This document shows, in pieces, positions 29,874 through 39,710 of a stretch of DNA of 64,000 bases. Position numbers and translations under genes: made by a program. A model generated the notes under the pieces. The model did no database searches. It had not been told where the DNA came from and saw only the letters and a program-made list of their open reading frames with translations. Every line of letters begins with the position of its first letter. Position 1 is the first letter of the stretch. The stretch is from Acidobacteriota bacterium (GTDB lineage: Bacteria > Acidobacteriota > UBA890 > WLXD01). The stretch is taken from positions 928,001-992,000 of the forward strand of contig CBDBHB010000009.1 of assembly GCA_965205505.1 (NCBI GenBank). The letters run 5' to 3'.

Positions 29874-31543
29874 AGCTCGAAACGCTTGAGCCGCTCGACG
29901 ATGTGGTTGCAGGCGCGGGCCGTCAGCGCCATGTAGGTGAGCGACGGATTCTGGCACGCCGAGCTGGCCATGGCGCCGCCATCGACGACGAACAGATTTT
30001 CGACGTCGTGGCACTGGTTGTAGCCATTGAGCACCGACGTCTTCGGGTCGCGGCCCATGCGCGTCGTCCCCATCTCGTGGATGCACAGCCCAGGTGGTGT
30101 GCCGACTGCGTTCATCCTGATGTCCTTGGCGCCGGCTGCCTCGAGCATCTCGGCGGCCTGCTCGGCGGCATCACGCTGCATCACGAGCTCGTTCTCGCGC
30201 CAGTGCATCTGGATTCGCAGCACGGGAATACCCCAGGCGTCGACCACGTCGGGATCTAGCTCGGCGCGGTTGTCATGGTAGGGAAGGCACTCACCCCACG
30301 CTCCGAGGCTCATACACCACGGCCCGGCTCGGCTCATCGATCGCTTGAAGTCAGCGCCGAAGCCCGCCTCACCCGTGCCGCGATTCCAGTCGAGGCGCGA
30401 CGCGCTGCCCTGGTACCCGTAGCCGCGTAGGAAGTCGGGGTGCTGATCCCAGACGTTGCGGAACCGGGCTACGTAGACGCCGTTGGGTCGATTGCCGACC
30501 GTGGTGCGGTCGGCCCAACCGTCGAAAGTTCCGGAGGCGCCGACGCTCATCGTGTGATCCATCAGATATCGGCCGAGCGCGCCGCTCGAGTTGCCGAGCC
30601 CGTCCGGGAAGGTCGGGTTGGCGGAGTTGAGCAGAATCCGCGACGACTCCAACGCCGCAGCCCCGAGCACCACCACCCGCCCCTTGAACTCGACTGACTC
30701 GCCGCTTTCGCGATCGATGACCAGCACTCCGGACGCCTTGCCGTTGTCGTAGGTGACGTGACGCACGACGCTGTTGGGTCGGAGCGTCATCTTGCCAGTT
30801 GCCGCCGCTGCGGGCAGCGTGGCGTTGAGGCTACTGAAGTACGACTTGGTGATACAGCCGCGGTGGCAGGGGCCACAGTAGTGACAGGCGGCACGACCGT
30901 TGTGATCTTGGGTGAGCACGGCGCTGCGACCGGGCGTCAGCACCCGCATGCCGCCCCAAGCATCGCCGATGGCAGCGCGCGCGTGTTCCTCGACACAGTT
31001 CAGTGGCATCGCCGGCAGGAACTGGCTGTCCGGTAGCTGATCGAGCCCCTCTGCCTGACCGCTGATGCCGGCGAAACGCTCGACGTGGTCGTACCAGGGC
31101 ACCAGATCCGCATAGCGCAGCGGCCAGTCGATACCGAATCCGTCGCGCGCCGCGGCTCCGAAGTCGACGTCCGACAGTCGGTAGCTCTGCCGCGCCCACA
31201 TAATCGATTTGCCGCCGACCTGGCGCCCCCGAATCCACAGGAAGGGCTTGCCCTCGGCCTGTACGTAGGGGTTGTCGACGTCGTCGACGAAGAACTTCTC
31301 GGCAGATTCGTCGCAGGCGTAGCATTCTTTCTGTACGGCCTGTCGCTCCGACTGCTTGCGACGGTCGCGGAGCCCGCGAAACCGCTTGGCAAACGGCGGC
31401 ACATGCTCTACGTAATCGCGCTCCGGAACAATCATCGGGCCGGCCTCGAGCACCAGAGTTTCGAGCCCTGCCTCGCTGAGCTCCTTGGCCGCCCAACCCC
31501 CGGTGATTCCCGTCCCGACGACGATCGCGTCGTAGACCTTCAC
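29870..31543 (-). CDS. GMC family oxidoreductase (glycoside 3-dehydrogenase-like flavoprotein)
   Basis: VGTGITGG, GRQVGGKSIMW, CHYCGPC..GC cluster motif, HEMG, QNPSLT; SD GGAGGAG. Confidence 0.92.
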   Translation of the reverse strand: MKVYDAIVVGTGITGGWAAKELSEAGLETLVLEAGPMIVPERDYVEHVPPFAKRFRGLRDRRKQSERQAVQKECYACDESAEKFFVDDVDNPYVQAEGKPFLWIRGRQVGGKSIMWARQSYRLSDVDFGAAARDGFGIDWPLRYADLVPWYDHVERFAGISGQAEGLDQLPDSQFLPAMPLNCVEEHARAAIGDAWGGMRVLTPGRSAVLTQDHNGRAACHYCGPCHRGCITKSYFSSLNATLPAAAATGKMTLRPNSVVRHVTYDNGKASGVLVIDRESGESVEFKGRVVVLGAAALESSRILLNSANPTFPDGLGNSSGALGRYLMDHTMSVGASGTFDGWADRTTVGNRPNGVYVARFRNVWDQHPDFLRGYGYQGSASRLDWNRGTGEAGFGADFKRSMSRAGPWCMSLGAWGECLPYHDNRAELDPDVVDAWGIPVLRIQMHWRENELVMQRDAAEQAAEMLEAAGAKDIRMNAVGTPPGLCIHEMGTTRMGRDPKTSVLNGYNQCHDVENLFVVDGGAMASSACQNPSLTYMALTARACNHIVERLKRFEL

Positions 31544-32160
31544 CGCGACTCCTCCAGAACACGGCAGGGATCCCACTCGCCGGGAAAGAAGTTGTGTCGC
31601 AGCTCCTCGGTCATCCCTACCTCGGAGGTGAAGTATCCGACCAGCGTCCAGCGCTTCAACTGGTAGAAGAAATGTTCCGGTGCCTTACGCTCCGGCCGCG
31701 TGTCAGCGTCGTACGGGTCGTAGTCAGCCGCACGGTCGGCGGCCAGCAACTCGGCTACCTCGGCGTCCATCGAGGCAGTGGTCTGCACCTGTTGCGAGTT
31801 GCTGCACAGTACGAATGAAGTGCCGAAGCTCGCCTGTGCGCGCTGCTCGAGATCGTCCAGCCCGACGAGGAACGCATCGCGCTCCTCGTCGCTCATCCAG
31901 TCCGTCAGGAGCGTGTCGATGAACTCCGTGACCCCCGCATCACTGGCGCCGGGAGTGTCGGTTGCGGGAATGATGATCTCGGCGAGTATCCGCAGCGACT
32001 GCGCCTGCGCGGGCGTCAATGTCCCCAACGGCGACGGCGCGGTGGACATGGACTGCCGGACCGTACGACCCATCTCGAGCAGATGGTCGAAGGAGGCGGC
32101 GCCGAGCAGCGGCGTCGCTGCCGCGGCGACGAACGCCTGTAGCGCGTCACGACGATTCAA
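31540..32160 (-). CDS. Gluconate 2-dehydrogenase subunit 3 family Tat protein
   Basis: NRRDAL, IIPATDTPGA, GYFTSEVG. Confidence 0.88.
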   Translation of the reverse strand: MNRRDALQAFVAAAATPLLGAASFDHLLEMGRTVRQSMSTAPSPLGTLTPAQAQSLRILAEIIIPATDTPGASDAGVTEFIDTLLTDWMSDEERDAFLVGLDDLEQRAQASFGTSFVLCSNSQQVQTTASMDAEVAELLAADRAADYDPYDADTRPERKAPEHFFYQLKRWTLVGYFTSEVGMTEELRHNFFPGEWDPCRVLEESR

Positions 32161-32299
32161 GGTCGCCTCCTTGCGAATTACGGTGAGTTGCACACAATAG
32201 GCGCCGCAACAAGTATCACGGACAACCGCGCTCGGTCCATAGAATGCACGCCCGGCGTGACGTGGACCGTGGGCAAACCGGCAGGCAGGAGCAACCGAG

Positions 32300-33856
32300 A
32301 TGATGCAACGAACCATTCTTCGCGCTGCGCTGGGACTGGCTTTCGTGGTTAGCGGCTGCGCCGCACCCGCTGACGTCGACAGCGTGCTGCTGGTAAACGC
32401 CCGGCTGGTTGACGGCACCGGCGCGGCGGCGCGCGATGCGGCTGTCAGGATCCTCAACGGGCGCATCGCGGAGGTGGGCGATCTCGCGGCGCTGAACGGC
32501 GAGGCGGTCGTCGACCTCGAGGGTCTGGTGCTCGCCCCCGGCTTCATCGATACCCACAGCCACCACGAATGGGGGATCTTCGAGCGTCTCGAAGCACGGG
32601 CGGCGGTGAGCCAGGGAATCACGACGGTGATTGTCGGCAGCGATGGTGGCTCGCGCTATCCGCTTGCCGATTTCTATGCGGCGCTCGAGGAAACGCCGCC
32701 GGCGGTCAACTTCGCTTCGTACTCGGGCCACAACACCGTGCGAGCGCATGTGCTCGGCGACGACTTCCGGCGACCCGCGACCGACGAGGAGATCGCGCAG
32801 ATGGAAGCGATGGTGCGTGCCGACATGGAGGCAGGCGCGCTTGGTCTCTCCGCAGGCCTCGAATACGACCCGGGGATCTACTCGGATCCCGCCGAGGTAA
32901 TCGAGCTGGCATCGGTCGCGGCGGAATACGGCGGCCGCTATATCAGCCACATTCGAAGCGAGGATCGTTACTTCGAAGAGGCGATCAACGAGATCATCGA
33001 GATCGGCCGGCAGGCTGGTCTTCCGGTGCAGGTGTCGCACATCAAGCTGGCGATCAAGAGCCTGTGGGGAGAGGCTGCCCGGTTTCTCGCCAAGCTCGAC
33101 GCCGCCCGCGCCGAGGGCATTGACATTACCGCCGACATCTATCCGTATCCGTATTGGCAGTCGACGCTAACGGTGCTGTTCCCAGCGCGTGACTTCGAAG
33201 ACCTCGTCGAGGCGCGGCGCGTGCTGAACGAGATCGTCCCGGCCGACGGTGTGCTGGTGACCACGTTCGCGCCCGAGCCAGACTACGCCGGCAAGACCTT
33301 GACCGAGATCGCCGCGCTGCGTGGCGAAGAGCCTGCCGTCGCCCTGCTGGCCTTGATTCACCAAGCCGAGGAAATGCAGGCGGCGGTCAACGACGTCGAC
33401 GAAGAGGGCCTGAACATCGAGAGCATGATCGGCACCAGCATGATCGAACCGGATATCGAGGCGCTCATGCGCTGGCCGCACACCAACTTCTGCACCGACG
33501 GGGCGCTGGCGGGCGCTCACCCGCGCGGCTTCGGCAGCTACACTCGTGTCCTCGGTCGCTACGTTCGCGAGCGCGGCGTGATGTCGCTCGAGGAGGCGGT
33601 ACACAAGGCGAGCGGCCTGGCCGCCGATCACATGGGCTTGTCGGATCGTGGGCGGATTGCGCCAGGAATGTGGGCCGATCTCGTGGCTTTCGATCCAGAA
33701 ACCGTGATCGATCGGGCGACGACGGACGACCCGCAAGCGGCGTCGCTGGGAATCAGTCGCGTGTCGGTGAACGGCGAGCTCGTTCAGTCCGTCGATGGCT
33801 CGACGGACGCCCGCCCCGGCAAAGTGCTCAGGCGCGCCAGCAGCATGACCGAATGA
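32300..33856 (+). CDS. N-acyl-D-amino-acid deacylase (D-aminoacylase) family lipoprotein
   Basis: APGFIDTHSH, SHIRSE, SHIK, HPRGFGSY; VSGC lipobox. Confidence 0.9.
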   Translation: MMQRTILRAALGLAFVVSGCAAPADVDSVLLVNARLVDGTGAAARDAAVRILNGRIAEVGDLAALNGEAVVDLEGLVLAPGFIDTHSHHEWGIFERLEARAAVSQGITTVIVGSDGGSRYPLADFYAALEETPPAVNFASYSGHNTVRAHVLGDDFRRPATDEEIAQMEAMVRADMEAGALGLSAGLEYDPGIYSDPAEVIELASVAAEYGGRYISHIRSEDRYFEEAINEIIEIGRQAGLPVQVSHIKLAIKSLWGEAARFLAKLDAARAEGIDITADIYPYPYWQSTLTVLFPARDFEDLVEARRVLNEIVPADGVLVTTFAPEPDYAGKTLTEIAALRGEEPAVALLALIHQAEEMQAAVNDVDEEGLNIESMIGTSMIEPDIEALMRWPHTNFCTDGALAGAHPRGFGSYTRVLGRYVRERGVMSLEEAVHKASGLAADHMGLSDRGRIAPGMWADLVAFDPETVIDRATTDDPQAASLGISRVSVNGELVQSVDGSTDARPGKVLRRASSMTE

Positions 33857-35571
33857 GCTGCGGATCTTCACGAGGGCCCGAGATAATTCGAGGTCGCCAG
33901 CAGTGCGACGTATGCATCGTCGGCTCCGGGGCCGGGGGCGGCATGACCGCGAAGGTGCTCGCGGAGGCCGGCGCCCGGGTTGTGATGCTCGAGGCCGGGG
34001 GGGCGTGGGACGCGGCCTCCGACTCCGCCATGCTCACCTGGCCGTATGAGTCGCCGCGACGCGGTGCCGCGACGCCGGAGCGCCAGTTCGGCGAGTTCAA
34101 CGCCGGGCTCGGCGGTTGGTCACTCGATGGCGAACCGTACACTGTCGCCGACGGCGAGGCGTTCGACTGGTTCCGGGTTCGCATGCTCGGCGGCCGGACC
34201 AACCACTGGGGTCGGATCTCGCTGCGCTTCGGCCCCGACGACTTCAAAGCACGGAGCCTCGACGGCCTCGGCGACGACTGGCCGATCTCCTACGACGACA
34301 TCGCCCCCTACTACGACAAGGTCGACCGGTTGGTCGGCTTGTTTGGGTCGCTCGAGGGCCTGCATAACGATCCCGACGGAATCTTCCAGCCACCGCCCGA
34401 GCCCCGCTGCTGGGAGAAGCTGATCCAGCGGGCCTGTGTCGGGCTGTCGATTCCCTGCATCCCGGCACGGATGTCGATTCTCACGGAGCCACACAACGGC
34501 CGTCCCGCCTGCCACTACTGCGGCCAGTGTGGTCGCGGCTGCGGCACTCATTCCAACTTCTCCACACCCGCTGTGCTGTTGCCTCCTGCCCTGGCTACTG
34601 GGCGGCTCGAGGTGGTGACCCAGGCTATGGCGCGAGAGGTAACCGTCGACGGACAGGGCCATGCGAACGGCGTCGTCTATATCGACAAGCGCACTGGCCG
34701 TGACGAACACGTGCGCGCCCGCGTCGTGGTGCTGGCGGCGAGCGCCTGCGAGTCGGCACGGCTGCTGTTGAACTCCAGGTCCGGCTTGTTTCCCGACGGG
34801 GTGGCGAACTCCAGCGGTGTGGTGGGCAAGTACCTGACCGATACCACCGGCACCAGCGTAGTGGGCTTCGTCCCGACGCTGGCCGCGGGGGTACCACACA
34901 ACGAGGACGGTGCCGGCGGCGCCCATCTGTACATGCCGTGGTGGCTCGATAATCGACAGCTCGACTTCCCGCGCGGCTACCACATCGAGATTGGGGGTGG
35001 CCGGGACCTGCCATCGTACGGGGTCATGGGCGGCATTCATCGCTATCCGGGCGGCGGTGGGTACGGGCACGATCTCAAGAACTTGTACCGTGAGTACTAC
35101 GGCAGCACCGTCAGGTTCGCGGGCCGCGGCGAGATGGTTCCGAACCGCAATTGCTACTGCGAGATCGACCCCGAGGCGGTCGATCGCTGGGGGATTCCGG
35201 TGCTGAAGTTCCACTTCGAATGGAGCGATCGCGAGCTTCGGCAAGTGCGGCACATGCAGGAGACCTTCCGCGAGATCATCGATGCCATGGGCGGTACGCC
35301 GCTGACGCCGATGCCGGATGAGTCGGAGGGGTACGGCATCGAGCCCGGGGGACGCATCATCCACGAGCTCGGGGTGACGCGCATGGGCGAGTCCCCGAGT
35401 AGCTCCGCGCTCAACTCCTTTTGCCAGGCGCACGACGCGCGCAACGTATTCGTCGCCGATGGCGGGCCGTTCGTGTCGCAGCCCGACAAGAACCCCACGT
35501 GGACGATCCTGGCGCTGGCCATGCGGACCAGCGAGTACATTGCCGATCAGCTGCGCCAGGGCAACCTTTGA
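33853..35571 (+). CDS. GMC family oxidoreductase
   Basis: VGSGAGGG, LGGRTNHW, CHYCGQC..GC, IHELG, KNPTWT. Confidence 0.92.
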   Translation: MSCGSSRGPEIIRGRQQCDVCIVGSGAGGGMTAKVLAEAGARVVMLEAGGAWDAASDSAMLTWPYESPRRGAATPERQFGEFNAGLGGWSLDGEPYTVADGEAFDWFRVRMLGGRTNHWGRISLRFGPDDFKARSLDGLGDDWPISYDDIAPYYDKVDRLVGLFGSLEGLHNDPDGIFQPPPEPRCWEKLIQRACVGLSIPCIPARMSILTEPHNGRPACHYCGQCGRGCGTHSNFSTPAVLLPPALATGRLEVVTQAMAREVTVDGQGHANGVVYIDKRTGRDEHVRARVVVLAASACESARLLLNSRSGLFPDGVANSSGVVGKYLTDTTGTSVVGFVPTLAAGVPHNEDGAGGAHLYMPWWLDNRQLDFPRGYHIEIGGGRDLPSYGVMGGIHRYPGGGGYGHDLKNLYREYYGSTVRFAGRGEMVPNRNCYCEIDPEAVDRWGIPVLKFHFEWSDRELRQVRHMQETFREIIDAMGGTPLTPMPDESEGYGIEPGGRIIHELGVTRMGESPSSSALNSFCQAHDARNVFVADGGPFVSQPDKNPTWTILALAMRTSEYIADQLRQGNL

Positions 35572-36230
35572 TGAGCAAACGTCCTTCCCACCCGTCCCGC
35601 CGGCCGGTGCCGTCGGCAGGTCTCGACACGCCGACGGATCTCAGTCGACGCCAGGCGCTCGGTCTGCTCGCCTCGGCTACCGTGGGCTTTGCCTGGTCAC
35701 CCGCTCAGGCGGTGCTGGCGCACGAGCGCGCCACCGTGGCACTGCAACATGCCGCTGCGGTCGGTAGCTCGTACGCGCCGCGCTTCTTCACGATGCACGA
35801 GCTGGCCACGGTTCGACAGCTCGCCGACATGATCATCCCGGCCGATGAGCGCTCGGGAAGCGCTACCGACGCCGGCGTGCCCGAGTTCATGGACTTCATG
35901 ATGATCGACCAACCGGAGCGTCAGGTGGCTCTGCGCGGCGGGCTGACGTGGATCGATCACCAAGCACAGGAGCGCTTCGGAGAACGCTTCCTCGACTGTA
36001 GCTCGACGCAGCGCGAGCAGCTCCTCGACGACATAGCGTGGCCGGAGCGCGCCCCCCGAGAGCTTCGCCACGGGGTCGCGTTCTTCAACGCGTTTCGTGA
36101 TCTCACGGCGACCGGCTTCTGGACCAGCAAGATGGGCGTCGAAGACCTCCAGTTCAAAGGCAACGAGTACGTCTCACGCTGGAGCGGGTGTCCGCCGGAA
36201 CAACTTCGCAAGCTCGGGCTGATCGACTAG
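35571..36230 (+). CDS. Gluconate 2-dehydrogenase subunit 3 family Tat protein
   Basis: SRRQAL, IIPADERSGSA, GFWTSKMG. Confidence 0.88.
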   Translation: MSKRPSHPSRRPVPSAGLDTPTDLSRRQALGLLASATVGFAWSPAQAVLAHERATVALQHAAAVGSSYAPRFFTMHELATVRQLADMIIPADERSGSATDAGVPEFMDFMMIDQPERQVALRGGLTWIDHQAQERFGERFLDCSSTQREQLLDDIAWPERAPRELRHGVAFFNAFRDLTATGFWTSKMGVEDLQFKGNEYVSRWSGCPPEQLRKLGLID

Positions 36231-36420
36231 TGGCCTGTAACAGATGATCGTTGCAGATCGCCCGCAACTGCCCATCTGTCCGGAGGATGGCGGCGAAATC
36301 GGCCCGTCTGCGGCGTTGCTCCTCCTCGAAGATGGGCAAACATCGTCTCGTCGTCACGCCTGGCATCCGGACCCGTTTCGCCACCACGATACGCAACGAT
36401 CATCTGCTACAGGCCACTAG
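36227..36420. mobile_element. MITE-like element 1 (CTAG-flanked, 24-bp TIR with 1 mismatch)
   Basis: ctag-tggcctgtaacagatgatcgttgc ... gcaacgatcatctgctacaggcca-ctag; left CTAG contains the upstream stop codon. Confidence 0.85.
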
Positions 36421-36541
36421 CGGCGTCCTTCAGCGGCGCGGAATGGTTAGGATGGATACGCTTGACACCCGATTCGGGACGCGCCGGCACTGATCCAGTG
36501 CCTATCCTGGAGTCTTCTGGCGCCCCGTTCGGGAGGTACTC

Positions 36542-38017
36542 ATGAGACTCCGAGCCGCCGTTGTCACTATTGCGCTGTTGACGCTGATCGCCGCGCCGTC
36601 GGCAGCGCAGTCCGCAGACCCCAGCTTGTTGCTCTTCTTCCAGGCCGCCTCGCCGGACAAGGGCACTTCGGAAAATGCGCTCGACGAAATCGGCAAGCAC
36701 TGGAAGGATGGCTACACGGCGCTTCTGCTCGACTGGCTACGTTTCCTGCCGTCGGGGGAGGCCGGCGACAACACCTCTGGTGGTGCCAACGGCGGGCAGG
36801 GTTCCGACGACCCCGAATCCCAAGGTGATGGAGCCGGGAGCTCACCGGCCTCCGACCCCCGCGTGCAGACGCGCGAGCGCATCCTCGACTTCCTCGAGGC
36901 GCAGACCGGGCAGGAGTACGGCGACGATCTCGACCAATGGCGCCACTGGATGTGGGCGCAACCCTACAACACCCATGCTCAGATCAGTAGGTTCAAGGCC
37001 AACGTCTATGGCAGCTTCGATCAGGCATTCCGCAAGTTCTTCCGAGGTACGTCAGCGGTGCGCATCGACGAGATCGACTGGGGCGGCGTGCGGGTTGGCG
37101 GTGGGGGCATTCCGGCGCTCGACCACCCGCCGACGGTTTCCGTAGCCGAAGCCTCCTATCTCGACGACGACAACATCGTGTTCGGGCTATACATCAACGG
37201 CCATGCCCGCGCCTATCCCAAGCGCATTCTCGCCTGGCACGAGCTCGCCTGGGACACCATCGGTGACCTGGAGATCACCTTGGTGTACTGCACCCTCTGC
37301 GGGGTAGTGATCCCCTACAAGAGTGAGGTGGACGGACAGGTGGTCAAGCTCGACACTTCCGGACTGCTGTTTCGCTCCAACAAGCTCCTGTTCGACGAGC
37401 CGTCGTCGACCCTATGGTCGAGCATCACTGGCGAGCCGCTGGTGGGTGACATGGTGGGAAGCGGCGTGCGCCTCAGTCCCCTGCCGGTGGTGACGACAAC
37501 TTGGCGTGACTGGCGCACCGCGAATCCGCATACGAGCGTCTTGTCATTGGACACTGGCTTCGAGCGTGACTACGGCGAGGGTGTGGCCTACGCGGACTAC
37601 TTCGCTACCGACGAGCTGATGTTCGAGGTGCCGAATCGAGACTCGAGGCTCAAGAACAAGGACGAAGTGCTGGCTATACGCTTTCCCGGCGGCGACGGAG
37701 ATCAGGCGCTGGCGATCTCGGTGGCGTTCCTGCAGCGCAACCGTCTATTCAAGATCGACTTTGCCGGGCGCGACCTGGTGGTGGTCACCAGTGAGGATGG
37801 CGCCAACCGGCTCTATGCGTCGCCCTCCGCGAAGCTGGTGCGCTTCGTCGATGGCAACCGCATCGAGGACGAACACGGCAACCTGTGGGAAGCTCGCGAG
37901 GATCAACTGGTGCCGTTGGCGACCCCCGTGGAAGGGCTGCCGCGCCTGAATGCCTTCCGGGCGTTCTGGTTCGGGTGGTATGCCCAGTATCCAGAAACGG
38001 AGCTGATCGTAAGCTAG
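36542..38017 (+). CDS. DUF3179 domain-containing secreted protein
   Basis: IDWGGV..GIPALD, RAYP.RILAWHE, YCTLC, SGLL..SNK, FWFGW. Confidence 0.88.
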   Translation: MRLRAAVVTIALLTLIAAPSAAQSADPSLLLFFQAASPDKGTSENALDEIGKHWKDGYTALLLDWLRFLPSGEAGDNTSGGANGGQGSDDPESQGDGAGSSPASDPRVQTRERILDFLEAQTGQEYGDDLDQWRHWMWAQPYNTHAQISRFKANVYGSFDQAFRKFFRGTSAVRIDEIDWGGVRVGGGGIPALDHPPTVSVAEASYLDDDNIVFGLYINGHARAYPKRILAWHELAWDTIGDLEITLVYCTLCGVVIPYKSEVDGQVVKLDTSGLLFRSNKLLFDEPSSTLWSSITGEPLVGDMVGSGVRLSPLPVVTTTWRDWRTANPHTSVLSLDTGFERDYGEGVAYADYFATDELMFEVPNRDSRLKNKDEVLAIRFPGGDGDQALAISVAFLQRNRLFKIDFAGRDLVVVTSEDGANRLYASPSAKLVRFVDGNRIEDEHGNLWEAREDQLVPLATPVEGLPRLNAFRAFWFGWYAQYPETELIVS

Positions 38018-38188
38018 TGCTCCTGATCATAAGTACGGCTCCTGCCCTCCGGGTGGCCGCGGGACCGGCCACCTTGGGCGTCGCGGCGCCTCGACGATAC
38101 ACCCAGCATCGCCCTCGTCGCCGCTCCTACAATTCGCCCCGGTCGCGCGCGCCACAAACGTCACCGTACTTATGATCAGGAGCACTAG
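38014..38188. mobile_element. MITE-like element 2 (CTAG-flanked, perfect 21-bp TIR)
   Basis: ctag-tgctcctgatcataagtacgg ... ccgtacttatgatcaggagca-ctag; left CTAG contains the DUF3179 stop codon. Confidence 0.88.
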
Positions 38189-38201
38189 TGTCTATGGTTT
38201 G

Positions 38202-38528
38202 CTAGTCGGCCAGCGGTAGGCGGTGGCGGCGCCAACGCGACATGTGGCCGCGCAGCAGGCGAACATCTACGCCACGGCGCTCGAGTAGCTCGCGCGCTAG
38301 CCAGGCGCGCGGCCCCAGCTCACAGTACGCAACGATCTCTGGCGCGTTTCTGAGTGACTCGGCAGTCGACGCCAGAAGCGCCCTCCAGAGCGGCGTACGC
38401 CGGGCTCCAGGCAGGTGGCCCCGGCGATATTCCCAACGAGATCGCACGTCGAGAATGACCGGTTCCCCTTGTCCGCCAAGGCGCTCGAGTAACTCCTCTG
38501 GGTCGATACCGGCCGGTGAATTGCGCAT
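38202..38528 (-). CDS. Rhodanese-like domain protein
   Basis: ILDVRS..EY..GHLPGA, active-site CELGPR, L.GHM..W. Confidence 0.85.
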   Translation of the reverse strand: MRNSPAGIDPEELLERLGGQGEPVILDVRSRWEYRRGHLPGARRTPLWRALLASTAESLRNAPEIVAYCELGPRAWLARELLERRGVDVRLLRGHMSRWRRHRLPLAD

Positions 38529-38655
38529 GACGATACGGTCCCGGCTGACGTGATAACTTCTGCCTCCGACCTTGGCTGGCGCCGAGTAGGAGTGCGGTCG
38601 AGGGCCCCACTATATCCGCATCTTCCGCGGCTGGGGTGGCTGGAGAAGCGAGCCG

Positions 38656-39633
38656 GTGGAGATCCTCGACGACATCCTGGGAGCGCTTGGCGACACACCA
38701 TTGGTGCGCCTGCGGCGTTTCTGGCCGCACGGTGCCGAGCTCGTCGCCAAGATCGAATCGTTCAACCCGGGATCGAGCGTCAAGGACCGCATCGGGCTGC
38801 CGTTGATCGCCGCCGGTGAAGAGTCCGGAGAGCTGCAGCCGGGCGGCACAATCGTGGAGCCGACCTCCGGGAATACCGGCCTGGGCTTGGCCATGGCCGC
38901 TATTCTCAAGGGCTACCGGATGGTCTGTACCGCGGCCGACAAGATTCCCAAGGAAAAGGTGGCGCTGCTGCAGGCCTTCGGTGTGGAGGTAATTCTCTGC
39001 CCTACCGAGGTCGAGGCGGACGATCCGCGCTCCTACTACAAGGTCGCCGAGCGACTGCGCGACGACGAAGGCGCTTATCTTCCCTACCAGTATTACAACC
39101 AAGCGAACCCGCAGGCGCACTACCTCACTACTGGCCCGGAAATCTGGCGTCAGACCGAGGGGCGCATCACCCACTGGGTCACTGGAATGGGGACCGGCGG
39201 CACGATCAGCGGCACCGCCAAGTACTTGAAGGAGCAGAACCCCGATGTTCGGGTCGTCGGCGTCGACACGGTGGGCTCGATTTACGCCTACTACAAAGAA
39301 CATGGAAAGACGCCACCGCAGGAGCAGATCCACCAGTACCTGATCGACGGAATCGGTGAGGACTTCATGCCCGAAACTGTGTGGTGGGACTACATCGACG
39401 AGGTGATCACGGTGGATGATCCGGCGGCCTATCGCGCCGTCCTCGAGTTGGCCCGCAGCGAGGCCATCTTCACCGGTTCGTCAGGGGCGGCGGCGGTTGT
39501 CGGGGCGCGCCGCGTCGCACGCAGCGCCGCGGATGATGCGCTGGTGGTGACCCTGCTTCCCGACTCCGGTGAGCGTTACCTGTCGAAGCTCAACGAGACG
39601 TGGATGCGCGAGCACGGGCTGCTGGACGACTGA
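38656..39633 (+). CDS. PLP-dependent cysteine synthase / cystathionine beta-synthase family protein
   Basis: NPGSSVKDR (PLP Lys), PTSGNTG, GMGTGGT, PDSGERYLS. Confidence 0.92.
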   Translation: MEILDDILGALGDTPLVRLRRFWPHGAELVAKIESFNPGSSVKDRIGLPLIAAGEESGELQPGGTIVEPTSGNTGLGLAMAAILKGYRMVCTAADKIPKEKVALLQAFGVEVILCPTEVEADDPRSYYKVAERLRDDEGAYLPYQYYNQANPQAHYLTTGPEIWRQTEGRITHWVTGMGTGGTISGTAKYLKEQNPDVRVVGVDTVGSIYAYYKEHGKTPPQEQIHQYLIDGIGEDFMPETVWWDYIDEVITVDDPAAYRAVLELARSEAIFTGSSGAAAVVGARRVARSAADDALVVTLLPDSGERYLSKLNETWMREHGLLDD

Positions 39634-39676
39634 GCCGCCTTGCGTTTGACCCGGACTTGCCGTAACCAGGCCGGCG

Positions 39677-39699
39677 ACACTTCTACCACGGCCTGTTAG
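39677..39699 (-). repeat. Solo IS/MITE-like terminal sequence
   Basis: acacttctaccacggcctgttag, 20/23 identical to 29851-29873. Confidence 0.55.
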
Positions 39700-39710
39700 G
39701 AAAGGTGCTC

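Noticed and set aside
36154-36493. 80-aa ORFs on both strands sharing NDHLLQATS
   Set aside because: Produced by the TIRs of element 1
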